A DNA stretch of 64,000 nt from an uncultured Candidatus Altimarinota bacterium (GTDB taxonomy: Bacteria > Patescibacteriota > Gracilibacteria > BD1-5 > JAGOOR01): positions 20,058 to 84,057 of the forward strand of contig CALEVN010000026.1 of NCBI GenBank assembly GCA_937924685.1, read 5' to 3'. Below, piece by piece: positions 22,102 through 34,912 of this stretch. How positions within the stretch are numbered: position 1 is the stretch's first letter; every line of letters starts with the position of its first letter. The position numbers and the translations under genes are program-made. The notes beneath the pieces were generated by a model, which saw only the letters and a program-made list of their open reading frames with translations, did not search any database and had not been told where the DNA came from.

Positions 22102-22140
22102 TTGATTTCTAAACTAGCACCTATATAATTTAGGTGCTAG
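22102..22140 (+). promoter_or_regulatory. sigma-70-type promoter overlapped by a CIRCE-like 9-N9-9 inverted repeat (putative HrcA operator) upstream of clpB
   Basis: TTGATT (22102-22107), a 16-nt spacer, then TATAAT (22124-22129). The inverted repeat is CTAGCACCT-ATATAATTT-AGGTGCTAG (22114-22140), compared with the CIRCE consensus TTAGCACTC-N9-GAGTGCTAA. The TAGCAC/GTGCTA core and the 9-nt spacer are conserved. It is followed by TTTTATATTTT, so it could also terminate the upstream gene. Confidence 0.55.
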
Positions 22141-22164
22141 TTTTATATTTTACCATTTTAGAAT

Positions 22165-24783
22165 ATGAATCAAAACTACACCATGGCAGCCCAAGAACGG
22201 CTCTCGGAATCAGTCCAGTTCGCTCAGAGTTCCGGACATACAACGATAGAACCTCTTCACCTGCTTCGAAGCATTTTGCATGCCTCTGAAAGCATCAATC
22301 AATCCCTCTTCGAACGAGCAGGGACAAATATCCAAGTATTGAAAAACGATGTCGACACAACCCTGTCGAAGTTGGCGAAAGTCAGTGGAAATACATGAGA
22401 ACCATGAGCTTCCCAAGAGTTGGCGAAGGTTCTTCAAAGTGCTGAGAAATCCATGAAAACCATGAATGATAGTTACACGACCGAGGAACATCTCATGATA
22501 GGACTTCTCGAATCAGCAAAGTCACTCGAACCACTTTTCAAATCTGCTGGACTTACTCAGAAAAATTACGAAGAGGCCGTAAAAAAACTCCGAAATGGGA
22601 AAAAAGTAACATCCAATACGGCTGAGAATTTGTATGAATCACTGAAAAAATATACTATCGATCTCATTGATCAGGCAAAAAAAGGAAAGATAGATCCTGT
22701 CATCGGGCGTGATGAAGAAATCCGTCGAGCCATTCAAATCCTGGCACGTAGAAGCAAAAATAATCCTGTCCTGATTGGTGATCCTGGCGTTGGTAAGACA
22801 GCGATTGTCGAAGGTATCGCGATAAGAATTATTAGTGGCGAAGTTCCTGATGCACTCTTGTCGAAGAAAATCCTCACACTCGACCTCGGAGCAATGATTG
22901 CCGGAGCGAAATATCGTGGTGAATTCGAAGAACGGCTCAAGTCTGTCATCGACGAAGTCGAAAAATCTGATGGTGAAATCATCCTCTTTATCGACGAAAT
23001 TCATACTATTGTTGGTGCTGGTGCGAGCGAATGATCGACAGATGCTGGCAATCTCCTCAAGCCTGCTCTTGCTCGAGGACGTATCAAAGTCATTGGTGCT
23101 ACGACGATTAACGAATATAGAAAATACATCGAAAAAGATGCAGCACTCGAACGACGATTTCAACCTGTCATGGTCGACGAACCAAATCGTGACGATGCTA
23201 TCACCATCCTCCGAGGCATCAAAGACAAGTACGAAACCTTTCATGCCATAAAGATTACTGACTCAGCGCTCGTCGCCGCAGTAGACATGTCGACACGATA
23301 CTTGCCAGATCGTAAACTCCCCGATAAGGCTATCGACCTCATCGACGAAGCAGCATCAGCGCTCAAGATTGGCTCTACCAGTAAACCAGCCGAGATAGAC
23401 ACAATCGACAAAAAAATTCACTCACTTCAAATCGAGCGTGAGGCTCTTCTCCGTGAGCAAAAAGACAGACCAGAAGATGGAAACAAGACACGCATTGTCG
23501 ACATAGAGAAAGAACTCGCAAACCTCCAAGAAGAGCAAAAAAAACTCCATGCTGCCTACGAAGACGAGAAGAAGATGATGCACGATTTGAAGAAAATCCG
23601 TGAAGACCGTGAGAAACTTATCCTCCAAGCAGAACAACTCGAACGTGACGCGGATTATGCTGCCGTAGCTGAAATACGATACAAGAAACTTCCTTCACTC
23701 GACACAGAACAAAAGAAGCTCGAGGCTATCGCCGAGGCTCGCCGAGCTGATGGCCGAAGCTTCTTCCGAGACACAGTCGACATAGAAGACATAGCAGCAG
23801 TGATTTCTCGCTGGTCAGGTGTCCCAGTCGGCAAACTCATCCAGACAGAAAATGACAAATATATTCACCTCTTCGACCACCTCCAATCATCCGTCAAAGG
23901 ACAAGATCATGCTCTCCGAGCAGTCGCTGAAGCAGTACAACGATCCAAGGCAGGCCTCTCGGATAAAAACCGACCAATTGGAAGTTTCCTCTTCCTCGGA
24001 CCAACGGGTGTTGGTAAAACCGAGACAGCAAAGACTCTTGCCAATTCCCTTTTTGATCACAGTGGAGCATTTATCAGAATCGACATGAGTGAGTATGGTG
24101 AGTCACACTCTGTCGCACGCCTCATCGGCTCTCCTCCAGGGTATATCGGCCATGACGAAGGTGGACAACTCACCGAAGCTGTCCGTCGTAAACCCTTCTC
24201 TGTAATACTCTTTGATGAAATAGAAAAAGCTCATCCCGATGTCTACAATGTCTTTCTTCAAATCCTCGATGATGGACGTCTGACAGACGGCAAAGGTCGA
24301 ACGGTCGACTTCAAAAACACCATTATCATCATGACCAGTAATATCGGTTCTGAGAAGATTATGGATTTCTTTAGTGAGGAGAAAGGTGGACACAATGTCG
24401 ACGATATCCAGATGAAAGCCCTCCAAGATATGATGATAGGACAACTCCGCAATTACCTCCGTCCTGAGCTCATCAATCGTATCGACGACATCATCGTCTA
24501 TCGACCACTTGGTGATGAAGTACTCCGTTCTATCATCGACCTCGAGCTGTCGAAGGTGTCGAACATGCTCGCCGAAAAATCTATCACGGTCACCTGGGAC
24601 AAGTCTGTCTACGAGTATCTCATGAAGCATGGCATTGATCCACAGTTTGGTGCTCGTCCACTCCGTCGTGCTGTCACAAAATATATCATTAATGCTCTCT
24701 CCATGAAACTCCTCGATGGAAGCCTCAAGGAGGGAAGTGCTATCAAAGTGAAATATAGTAAAGACAATATTGAGATAAAATAA
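22165..24783 (+). CDS. clpB: ATP-dependent chaperone ClpB
   Basis: Joins track ORFs 22165..22398, 22420..23034 and 23170..24783 (all frame 1, 873 codons). It has two AAA+ modules ([13 protein letters not shown] and [15 protein letters not shown]) separated by a long coiled-coil middle domain. The TGA at 23032 aligns with the Gly of E. coli GAGKADGAMDAGN. Confidence 0.95.
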
Positions 24784-24866
24784 GTGAAAAACTAACTCCA
24801 AACAATGCTAATACCGTTGTAAAGAGCTATTCCTTGCAAAAGCCCAGCTGAATCTATCATATACAT

Positions 24867-26723
24867 ATGAAAAGATTATTTTTGGCGATTATATCAATCG
24901 CGCTTTTAGACAATGTGTATGCTCTCGACACATCGTGTCTACTCCTCAGGAGTCAGTCAATAAACGTCGGTGCAGGGGAAGTGATACAGGTAGAAAGTGA
25001 GTCTGAAATTTATCCACTTCAAGGAGGCGTCGTGGCGCCAATCAAATGGTTCTCCCAAAACAAAACAAAAGAATACCTCGATTATTCTGTCGTACAGGCA
25101 AGTGGAATCAAAGGTACAGAATACTCACTTATCTCCGATAATAACCCAACAACATTCATACAGTTCTCCAAGAATCCAAAGTCTATTACTCTCAAGCTCA
25201 ATACAGCAGTGAGTGCAGGAGAATTTGGTTTTTCTATGGATGCTGATGTATTCGATCTTAGTGAAATAGAAATCTCAAATGATGGTAAGAGTTTTGAGTC
25301 AATACTTCTCTCCGATATTGAGTTTTTCGATTTTCAATATATACGAATATCCTTCGTTGACACACTCAAAAATTCTAAAACAACCCTCTTCGCTCCAACA
25401 AAAATCAGGGATATATTGTTCTATAAAAAAGAATCAAATAACTATCTCATTAAAAGCCTCTCAACAACACCTATCACCATCTATTCTCAGGTAAATTGTG
25501 AAAACAAATACATAAACGAAGCTCTCTCATCTGCTTATCAGGCTGGAGAAAAAATAAAAATGTCTACCAGCATAAACACGAGAAATATAGAATTATCTCT
25601 CTCAAAAAATGAACAATACAACAAAGATAAAGATGGTGATTGAATTTTAAATAATGTTGATAATTGTCCTCTCACTCCAAACAAAGATCAAAAAGATACC
25701 GACAAGGATCTCTTGGGTGACGTCTGTGACATAGATCCAAAAAATCGTAATCCGCTCTTGGGCGATAGTGATTATGATGGTATTGATGACGAGAGAGATA
25801 ATTGTCCATTTACGAGAAACCCCGACCAATCAGATACAAATTCTGACGGACGATGAGATGCATGTAGTGACGATGATGGGGATGGATTACTCGGTTCTGT
25901 CGACAATTGTCCGAGCGTGCCAAATAGAGACCAAAAAGATGTGAACGTAAATAACGTAGGGGATGTGTGTGAGTCTGATCGTGATAAAGATGGTCTCTTT
26001 GATATCATGGACAACTGCCCCGGAATAGCAAATCCAGACCAAGAAGATTCAGACTCAGATGGTATTGGTGATATGTGTGATAATTGTAATCGATATAATC
26101 CAGATCAAAAAGACGAAAACAATGACAAAAAAGGAGATGTCTGTAGTGACTGGGAAACATATGAAAAATCTCATGACGATGATAAAGATGGTGTCATAAA
26201 CTGGGAAGATAATTGTCCAAAGGTATCAAATCCGAAAATCAAAATGATAAATCCAAAAACGGGTAGAGAGGAGATAATGCAATCAGATAAAGATTATGAC
26301 GGCATTGGCGATGCTTGTGATAATTGTGTCGATATTCAAAACAACGATCAGCAGGATACAAATCAGAACAATCAATGAGATATATGTGAAGATATGGATG
26401 GCGATGGCCGACAGTCATACAAGGATAATTGTCCGCTCGACAATAATCCTGATCAGGCAGATAAAAATAATGATGGCATTGGTGATCTCTGTGATGATAC
26501 AGACCAAGATGGTATTCGTGCATCTGTCGATAATTGTCCGTATGTTTATAACCCTGAGCAGCTGGATTCAGATAATGATAAACGAGGAGATAAGTGTGAT
26601 GACAAGGATGGTCGTTTTCTAGAATCAAATAAAGGTGTCTTTATAGCCATATTCGTCATTATCGGTATTGCGATGCTCTGAGGCATAACTGTTCTTGGTA
26701 AAAAACTATTTTCTTCTCGCTAA
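24867..26723 (+). CDS. secreted thrombospondin type-3 repeat (Ca-binding) protein with a C-terminal TM anchor
   Basis: Joins track ORFs 24867..25643, 25917..26378 and 26394..26681 (frame 0), ending at TAA 26721-26723. It has a signal peptide and an N-terminal beta-rich domain. That is followed by about ten repeats of DNCPxxxNxDQxDxDxDGxGDxCD, and then the hydrophobic tail VFIAIFVIIGIAML. Confidence 0.8.
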
Positions 26724-26739
26724 TTTTTATTTTATTTTT

Positions 26740-29700
26740 ATGGGAAATTCTCTCAATAAGCTTGCCTGGGTAGCATCACTTGCTCTCGGTTTTCCGGTTG
26801 GAAATATCTTTTTTTGACTTTCATTCTGATACATGGAAGGGGGGACATTCATCTACATATGTATCGGGGTACTCGCTGGTATAATCTTCAAACTCGCTCT
26901 TTTCCCAGAAGAAGTATTTGAGAATCTGACAGTCCGTGCCTGAAATAAAAAGATAATACAGAAAGAAAAAATGGAAGTAATAGAAGAAGAAGTAGAAGAA
27001 CCAGAAATACTCCCGAAAATAAAAGAAAAAACACAAGCAAAAGAAAGACCAGAATCGATAATCTATGAAAAACCGAGACCATCAAAACCAAATCCTCTCG
27101 TGAGTTGGTTCGCAGAAAACACACTCGCTAAAATCGGAGGACTTCTGATTTTTCTCGCTATTATAGCTTTTTTGAGTGTTATCTATACCCAAATTGGGCC
27201 TGTAGGACGACTCGTTATCAGCATATTCGTTTCTCTTGGTATCTACGCCGTAGGGGTCTATCTTTTTTCGAAAAAGAGTTTTATACACGAATCTCATATT
27301 GTTCTCGGTGTTAGTATTGCAGCACTCTATCTCTCAATTCTCTACATATTTCGAGTGCCTGTATTTATCGAAAATTTTGGTGAAAATTTATCCTATATTG
27401 TGCTCGCATTGCTCACGATCGCCGTCATATGATGATCTATTACTGGTATGATTTTTGGAGCAACTTCATTGTTTGCATTTTCAATTGCTATAGCCTACAT
27501 CAACCCCTTTCTGATTGGAGCAAATCTCTCTACTTTACAATTCCTCGTCTATATCATTTTGATCTCTGGTGGAGCTATAAGCACTGCTGCATATCTCGTT
27601 TTACAGAAAAAGGATGACAACCTCGCATCAACAGTACTCCATATAGCTTTCTGGTGATCTCTCATACTCATATGATGGGTGATCAATACTCGCACGGCCT
27701 TCGAGTTCAATAGCGTCTTGCTCGTTATTATAGCATTGACCGGGGCGACGAGCTGGGTAGCAAGCTTTTTGAAAAGTACGAATTCTCTCAGTATTTTTCT
27801 CATCGCTGGTGGTATGAGTCTTTTTTTGACAATGACATGAACAGAAATACATAATACCGTGAGCTGATCTGTTATTTTAGGAATGAGTGTCATATGCATT
27901 TTTGGAATACTCGGAAAATATAAAATGAAGCTCTCGACCGGGACATTAATGGTTATTTTTATCCTCCCTCTGCTTCTCTGGATAACATGATACATTACTG
28001 GATTCTGGTTTGCGCCAGTAGTAGCATTTGGTGGCATGATACTTCTCTACGCAGGATTATTGATGATTTTTACAGTTATTCCAACATGGTTTAGCTCACT
28101 CCTTTTTATTCTGTTTGGTATTGCGGGAGTCTTTTTCACTCCTTGATTATTCGCCAATATTAGTCTGACTTCTCGATATTTATTGATGGCTATCGGGGTA
28201 TTTCTGTTTGCATTTGGACACTACTTCACGCTCAAGAGAAATATATCAATAACTCCTATTGTTCATACTCTCACGAGTCTTGGACTCCTCGCGCTCAACC
28301 GTCCAGGAGCTGCTCCATTCTGGGCTATTTTAGCAGTATCACTCTTGGCATTGGCTACGATAGGCATCAGCTTTTATTCTTACAACAAAAAACTCCAGAG
28401 CTCTCTCGACCACATACTCGTACCAATTATCGGCGCAGCAAGTCTCATCGGTACACTCGTCTATTTTGGAACTATTCAGGCCCACTGGTGAATAGTCCTT
28501 GGCTGAATATTGCTCCTTGTGGCAGGCGTCTACATCTGAGCATTTATGATATTCTTGAAGCCTCTTGAGCAAAAAGTGGAGCAATATATGACTGTTACCT
28601 ATCTCGCTATTGCTACAAGCATCATTACGCTCGCTATCGCATATCTCTTTTCTGACTATGAAAGTGCCAAAACACTTGCCTGGATCATCGAGGCAGCACT
28701 CATATTCACCATCTACGCTCGATTCCCAAATCCTTGGATACTGACTGGTGCTATTTTGGTTCAAATTGTTGGTATAAGCCAATTTGCTCTTATGAGACCA
28801 GAACTACCAGAAAATATAGTTGTATTCATAGTGGTATTTATCGCCTCAATTTGGAATATTTGGTCACTCCGAAACATCGCCACCAGCAAAACATGGGCTG
28901 CAGAGATCGTATTATTTATGAGTACCTGTATTTGGTTTGCAGTCCTCATGTTCGATTCTGATTGGTCTCATGAGGACTTCATTGTCATCTCCGGAATTCT
29001 TATCATGCTGCATACAGTGCTCCTCTCCCATGCTTTCAAAAAAGTATTTTTCTTATGACTCATAGGAGCAACACTACTCTTCTTAATAGACATGATCATC
29101 ACAATGGACACAGGAAAATGAGCCTATTTTGTCATCCCGTTTGCTCTGTTTATTTCTCAATACTATTTCTCAAAAAGACAACCTGGCTTTTTCGCGAAAA
29201 TACAATGGCTCATAATTGGAATAGGAACATTTATTGTTTCGAGTTTTTGGGTAAGTGGAAACTTCTCGAATGAATATATACTCACTATCTGGTGGTCACT
29301 CTGGATTGGGGCCCTTCTCACACTAGGCATAAATCGAAAAATATCCACCCTACGTTCATTCGGACTCATGGTATACCTCCTGACACTCGGAAAAATACTT
29401 TTCGTTGATTTAGGACGTATTTTTTCTTCTGATGAGGGGTCTGGAGTATATGTCGGAATAGGAATCATTATGCTTCTCGGTATAGTCTCGATCGGACTCT
29501 CAATGCTGTACAAGAAACTCATGGGTGACGGTGCACTTAAGAAAGATTTCCTTTTTGAAGGAGATGCAACAGAAGAAGGTATACAAGAAACCCTTCTCAA
29601 GCTCGATATATCCAACATAAAAAGTGTTTCTTTCTCCTCTCCAAATGAAAAACCAATTCAATCAGGCGAATCTGAAAATCTCAAACGAATAGCGCTCTAC

Positions 29701-29874
29701 ATAGTTAAAAAAACGAAAAAAAGTGTATTTGAGCCTGGCGAGTTAAATGCATTTTATGAACTCATTGTGCCTGTTATTCAATCTCAATACGGTTCTGAAG
29801 CTCTCTCAAAAGGGAAGACAATGATGAAAAATTTTGCTAAAAAAGGAGGAGTGATAGAAATAAAAACACAATAA
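26740..29874 (+). CDS. large polytopic membrane protein, DUF2339-like (1044 aa)
   Basis: Frame 1 joins track ORFs 26971..27432, 27448..27657, 28183..28491, 28546..29058 and 29368..29874, interrupted only by TGA codons. It has an acidic/Lys linker, then NPLVSWFAENTLAKIGGLLIFLAIIAFL and more than 20 hydrophobic segments. The start could instead be ATG 26971. Confidence 0.65.
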
Positions 29875-29897
29875 AGAAAAACCTAAAAAATAACCTC

Positions 29898-30215
29898 ATG
29901 CACCGAGCTCTCCCTGCCATATCTATAGTGACACTGATTATCCTCTGTCTCTTTGCGATGGTTCTGGGGTGGATAAAGTATTTCGATTATCGACAAAAAG
30001 AAGACAAAATAGCCTCGTTTCCAGAATACTATCGAGGTTTAGCCCGCGGATGTTATGAACGAGAAAGTGTTAATTGTTGTCTCTGATCCGTGTCGAATAT
30101 GCAGTCAGAAAATGCCCTTCTTATAGGGCAAGATGGTTGTCCAGAGTGAACCCGGCAAGAAATGCTTAAATGTCTAGGGAGCTATACTTGGTGTACTACA
30201 AAAAGCAGTAATTAG
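29898..30215 (+). CDS. small membrane-anchored Cys-rich protein (105 aa)
   Basis: Track ORF 29898..30086 reads through two TGAs to TAG 30213-30215. It has one N-terminal TM helix and eight Cys residues, seven of them in the C-terminal part beyond the helix. Confidence 0.45.
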
Positions 30216-31540
30216 AGACTCTTGATCCATTGAACCAGAGACGCAAGGGATTCATGGGTAACAATGCTAACACCTTTTGTTGACTGAAATTTTGACTGCG
30301 TTGCTGGTATATGAATGGTTTTAAAGCCGAGTTTTTTTGCTTCTTCTATTCTTTTTTCGAGTTGTGCGACAGGTTTTATAACACCGGTAAGTGATATTTC
30401 TCCGAGAAAAAGTGCATGATTGAGCGGTTTTTTCTGGTCAGAAGAGAGGAGGGCAGCGACGATCGCCAAGTCGACAGCAGGTTCGCCAACTGAGAGGCCA
30501 TGGCTCACATTCACGTAGATATCATCACTGTCGAGATTGATACGACCAAATTTCGCTGTAGCGGCCAAGAGAAGCTCAATTTTCTGTGTCGATATTCCTC
30601 GTGCAGAACGTTTCGGATAAGGAAATCGTGTCGAATGTGTCAATGCTTCTATTTCCATGATAACTGGCCTATTTCATTCGAGCGCAATGGTCAAAGCCGA
30701 TCCTATTTGAGCTGAAGTTTTTAGGATGCTTTCTGCTGGATTCTTGAGGTCGAGGAGACCATTTTCTCACATTTCAAAGAGGCCTATCGCATCCGTTGGT
30801 CAGAAACGATTCTTCATAGCACGGAGGACACGGTAACTCTGATATCTATCGCCTTCGAGGAAGAGAACAGTATCGACGAGGTGTTCAAGCGTTTTAGGAC
30901 CTGCGAGGTCGCCATCTTTGGTCACATGCCCTATCAGAATAACAGCAGTGTTCGTAGTCTTGGCAAAGTGCATAAAAGTCTCGGCAATCGATCGAATCTG
31001 CGCTATCCCGCCTGATGCCCCACCCTGAGAATTTGAGTACATGACACTAACGGAGTCTATAATGACGATGGGATGAGGTGAAGATTGAAGTGTCGCCATG
31101 ATATTTTCGACCACTTCGCCATGAAGGAAATGGATATGGGGATTCTTCACTCCGAGACGATGAGCTCGACCAGCTATTTGTTCTTCTCCCTCCTCACCAG
31201 AGACATAAAGAACAGGACTTTTTTCAGTAGCACACCATTCGGCCAGCTGAAGTGTAAGTGTCGACTTTCCTATACCCGGCTCTCCTGACAAAAGAGTGAG
31301 ACTTCCGCGTACTAATCATCCTCCGAGGACCGAAGCAAGCTCGACACTTTCGACATTAAGGCGAGTATGAGATGTCGAACGTGGTTGCAGATGAACGACA
31401 TCGCCCTTCTTCCCTACGACTTTTTGCCTCCCAACTACTTTTACTTCTTCTTGTTCGAGAAGAGTATTCCATTGGCCACACTGCGGACACTGACCAGACC
31501 ATTTAAGCTGAGTATGATGACAATTTGAACAAGTGAACAT
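30212..31540 (-). CDS. radA: DNA repair protein RadA/Sms
   Basis: Joins track ORFs 31316..31540, 30800..31291 and 30212..30658 (one frame, 443 codons). It has a Zn ribbon (CSNCHHTQLKWSGQCPQCGQW), the P-loop region VLGG-G-LVRGSLTLLSGEPGIGKSTL, KNRF, and a Lon-like C-terminal domain. Confidence 0.95.
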
Positions 31541-31576
31541 ATCCCCATTATAGAGATATACGAACCTTTGGAAAGA

Positions 31577-31987
31577 CTAGACTCGGAAAGTGATCTTCAG
31601 ATCAAGTACATATCCTATAATGCCTGTCACAATAGAAGATATGGTACGCGCCCAGACATAGTGAAAAGCAAGATAAGTGATAAGACCGTAGGTAATAAAA
31701 AGAATTGCTATGAGAGAATAGAGAGCGATAATAAGAAAACGGATGTACCCCCTTTTAAAATGTATAGAAGATCGAAATGTCCATTCACGATTCACGTAAA
31801 AACCAATAAAAGACTCAGCAATAAAAGCAATAGCACAAGAAAGAAGATAATGAAATCCGAAGAACCAGGTAAAAAACCAAACAAGAAGAAGATTTGCTAA
31901 GAGCATAAGGCCTCCTGCAAAAGTATAACGACTAAACTGCTTTATATGATGATGTGACAGATGATATTTATGTGCAATTGAAAGCAT
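31577..31987 (-). CDS. GtrA-family membrane protein
   Basis: Uninterrupted 136-aa ORF with four TM helices. QFSRYTFAGGLMLLANLLLVWFF...NREWTFR matches the GtrA-like pattern. Confidence 0.7.
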   Translation of the reverse strand: MLSIAHKYHLSHHHIKQFSRYTFAGGLMLLANLLLVWFFTWFFGFHYLLSCAIAFIAESFIGFYVNREWTFRSSIHFKRGYIRFLIIALYSLIAILFITYGLITYLAFHYVWARTISSIVTGIIGYVLDLKITFRV

Positions 31988-32065
31988 GCTTGAAATTATT
32001 TATCATAATTTAGCATACAAAATTAAACTTGTCAAATTATTATTTTATAAGAACTGTTTGTGTTC

Positions 32066-32093
32066 AAAAAAGACACTCGCAATGAGTGTCTTT
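32066..32093 (-). terminator. rho-independent terminator downstream of tRNA-Leu
   Basis: The minus strand reads AAGACACTC-attgc-GAGTGTCTT followed by TTTTTT. Confidence 0.7.
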
Positions 32094-32108
32094 AACTTAT
32101 GATACAAA

Positions 32109-32193
32109 TGGTGCCCAAGAGAGGACTCGAACCTCCACGCCTTGCGGCGCTACCACCTCAAGGTAGTGCGTCTGCCAATTTCGCCACCTGGGC
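32109..32193 (-). tRNA. tRNA-Leu (anticodon GAG), CCA encoded
   Basis: The minus strand reads GCCCAGG-TG-GCGAAATTGGCAGACGC-A-CTACC-TTGAGGT-GGTAG-CGCCGCAAGGCGT-GGAGG-TTCGAGT-CCTCT-CTTGGGC-A-CCA. It folds with a 7-bp acceptor stem, the long variable arm typical of Leu, a TTCGAGT T-loop and a GAG anticodon. Confidence 0.9.
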
Positions 32194-32248
32194 ACACCGA
32201 ATATGAGCTAAAAAACTCAATACTGTAAGCTGTACTATAAGAACTTTT

Positions 32249-32920
32249 TTACTTTTTCAAGTTTTTATCGTGAGAGCCGTTTTTATCGAGATACTCTCGG
32301 ATGATTTCAGCTGCAGCATGCTGACCACCAAGACCAAATGCCAATCCAACAGCAAGGCTTGTAGCAGCCACAAAACCGATAAGTATAGATCGAATGAGGT
32401 ATTCTGGGATGATTTCTATAGCGCCTGTATTTACCTGATTGATGGCAATGGTAAATGTGAAGAATAAAATCAGTACACGTGAGAGATAGGCCAATATAAC
32501 AGCTGTTCTCGGATTTTCAAAGTTGACAGCATTGTAGACAAGAGCATAAGAAGTACGAGATGTCTGTATACCAAAAAACGTTATGAGTAAGGCAACGAGG
32601 AGGTGCGGCAGATACTCGACAACACTATTGAGAAACTTCTCTACATCAGTATACCCGGCTTTTTCGACAGCACTTCGGAGAAAAAGTAGGAAAATGAAAA
32701 CAGATATATATTTACCGATAGCCTTAGGGAGTGGATCATTTCAAATTTTTGTAGAATGTCCGAGAAATTTATGAAGAAGTTTTTCTATACCAGTAAAACG
32801 GAAAATCCAGCCCGTGAAAAAGTAGATAATAATCGAGGTAATAAGGCCTCCAAAGATTATTTGGCTCGCTGCTATCCAAGGAGAAGGCTGCAAAAGAGAA
32901 TAATAAGTAGTGTAGAACAT
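32249..32920 (-). CDS. membrane protein with conserved-TM-helix repeats (mechanosensitive-channel-associated type)
   Basis: ATG at 32918-32920, one TGA, joins to track ORF 32249..32494. The segment ILIGFVAATSLAVGLAFGLGGQHAAAEIIREYL resembles the TM_helix repeat family. Confidence 0.5.
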
Positions 32921-32971
32921 ATAAAAGAAGTATACTTCATTATCACGGCGGTTGCAAGAAAATGAAGGATG

Positions 32972-34912
32972 TTACCCTATCTCGAGAATAATATCTCGTA
33001 GTTCAGCTGCTTTTTCAAAGTCGAGGTTCGCAGCTGCTATATCCATTTCCAGCTCCAGACGACGAATATAAGCATCTTTGTCGACTCATTTCGGTATCTT
33101 GTCGATGACTTCTTTTTTACCCTTAAATCAGAGATCTTTGATACTCGAGATAATAGTAGTGGGAGTTATACCGTGTTCCGCATTATACTTCATCTGGATT
33201 TCTCGGCGTTTACGTGTGATTTCCATGGTCTCTGCCATAGATCGAGATATCTGTCATTCGTATGAGTAAAAAATCACATGGCCGTTTGAATTTCGGGCAG
33301 CACGGCCGACAATCTGTATCAATGATTGTGTCGAGCGGAGAAAGCCCTGCTTGTGAGCATCTATAACTCCGATAAAAGAAACTTCTGGGAGATCGAGACC
33401 CTCCCGGAGGAGATTGACGCCCACAATGACATCGACCTTTCCTGTTCTTAAATCTTTCAATATTTTTAACCGTTCGATAGTATCGATCTCCGAATGAAGA
33501 TAGTGTGCTGTCACGCCATGCTCTTTGAGGTATGAGGCGAGGTCTTCGCTCGATTTTTTTGTAACAGTTGTGATGAGAGCACGTTCGCCACGTTCGACAG
33601 CAGTTCTTATGTTGTGGAGGAGGCTTTCGACAAGTTTGTCCATAGGCTCGACTACAATCTCTGGATCGAGAAGACCAGTAGGACGAATGATTTGTTCGAC
33701 AAGTGGGCCACCGCGCTCTATAGGAGAATTTCCAGGAGTAGCAGAGACACAGAGAAATTGTTTGATTTTTGATTCAAATTCATGGAAATAGAGAGGTCGA
33801 TTATCATAAGCGCTTGGCAGACGAAAACCATTTTCCACGAGCATATCTTTTCTTGATTTATCTCCGGCAAACATTCCTTGAACCTGGGAAAGAGTAATAT
33901 GAGATTCATCAACAATAGTGAGAAAATTCTCTGGGAAATAATCAATCAATGTCATCGGCGGATCGCCAGGTTGCCTACCATCCAAGTGTCGAGAGTAATT
34001 CTCGATACCCTTCACGTAACCCACTTCATTCATCATCTCGAGATCATATTCGACACGGGTTTTGATACGCTCGGCGGCAATTATATTGCCAGTTTGTTTG
34101 AAGTATTCGATTCGTTCAGCAAGTTCTGCCTTGATAATAGGGGTAATTGCTTTGACATGTTCGACACTCGTAACCGTATGAGATGCAGGAAAAACCATGA
34201 GATCATGGACACTTTCGACAACATGTCATGATATTGGTTCCACAACACGGATAGCTTCTATCTCTGTCCCGAAAAATTCGATACTATAATAATGTTCTTT
34301 ACTAGCAGGGTATATCTGAAGGGTGTCTCCGAGAACACGAAACATACCTTGCTTAAAATCAAGTGTTGCACGATCAAATTGGAGTCCTACGAGGTGGTTT
34401 ATGAGGTCCTTGATAATATATTTTTCACCTTGTGAGAGACGAAGTATACCTCCTACATATTCCTCTTTATTTCCGATACCATAAATACAGCTCACCGAAG
34501 CCACAATGATGACGTCTTCCCGGGTCAGAAGAGCCTCTGTTGCAGCATGTCGAAGTCTATCTATCTCATCATTAATAGAAGAATCTTTTTCGATATAGGT
34601 ATCTGTTTTTTGTATATAGGCCTCTGGCTGGTAATAGTCATAATAGCTCACGAAATAATGCACTGCATTATTTGGGAAAAATTCTCGGAATTCCTGACAC
34701 AGCTGAGCAGCAAGAGTTTTATTATGAGCAATGATCAGAGTCGGTCTTTGGGTCTTTTGAATAATATTTGCCATAGTGAAGGTCTTCCCTGAGCCTGTCA
34801 CGCCTTGAAGTGTCTGGTATCGATTGCCAGAGTTGAGACTTTTGACCAGTGTTTCTATAGCTTGCGGCTGGTCTCCAGTCGGTTTATAATTACTTTTGAG
34901 ATCAAAGAGCAT
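32972..34912 (-). CDS. uvrB: excinuclease ABC subunit B
   Basis: Joins track ORFs 34226..34912 and 33254..34198 with a C-terminal extension to TAA 32972-32974 (647 codons). Motifs include [32 protein letters not shown], the helicase C region, and a UVR-type C-terminus ([15 protein letters not shown]). Confidence 0.95.
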
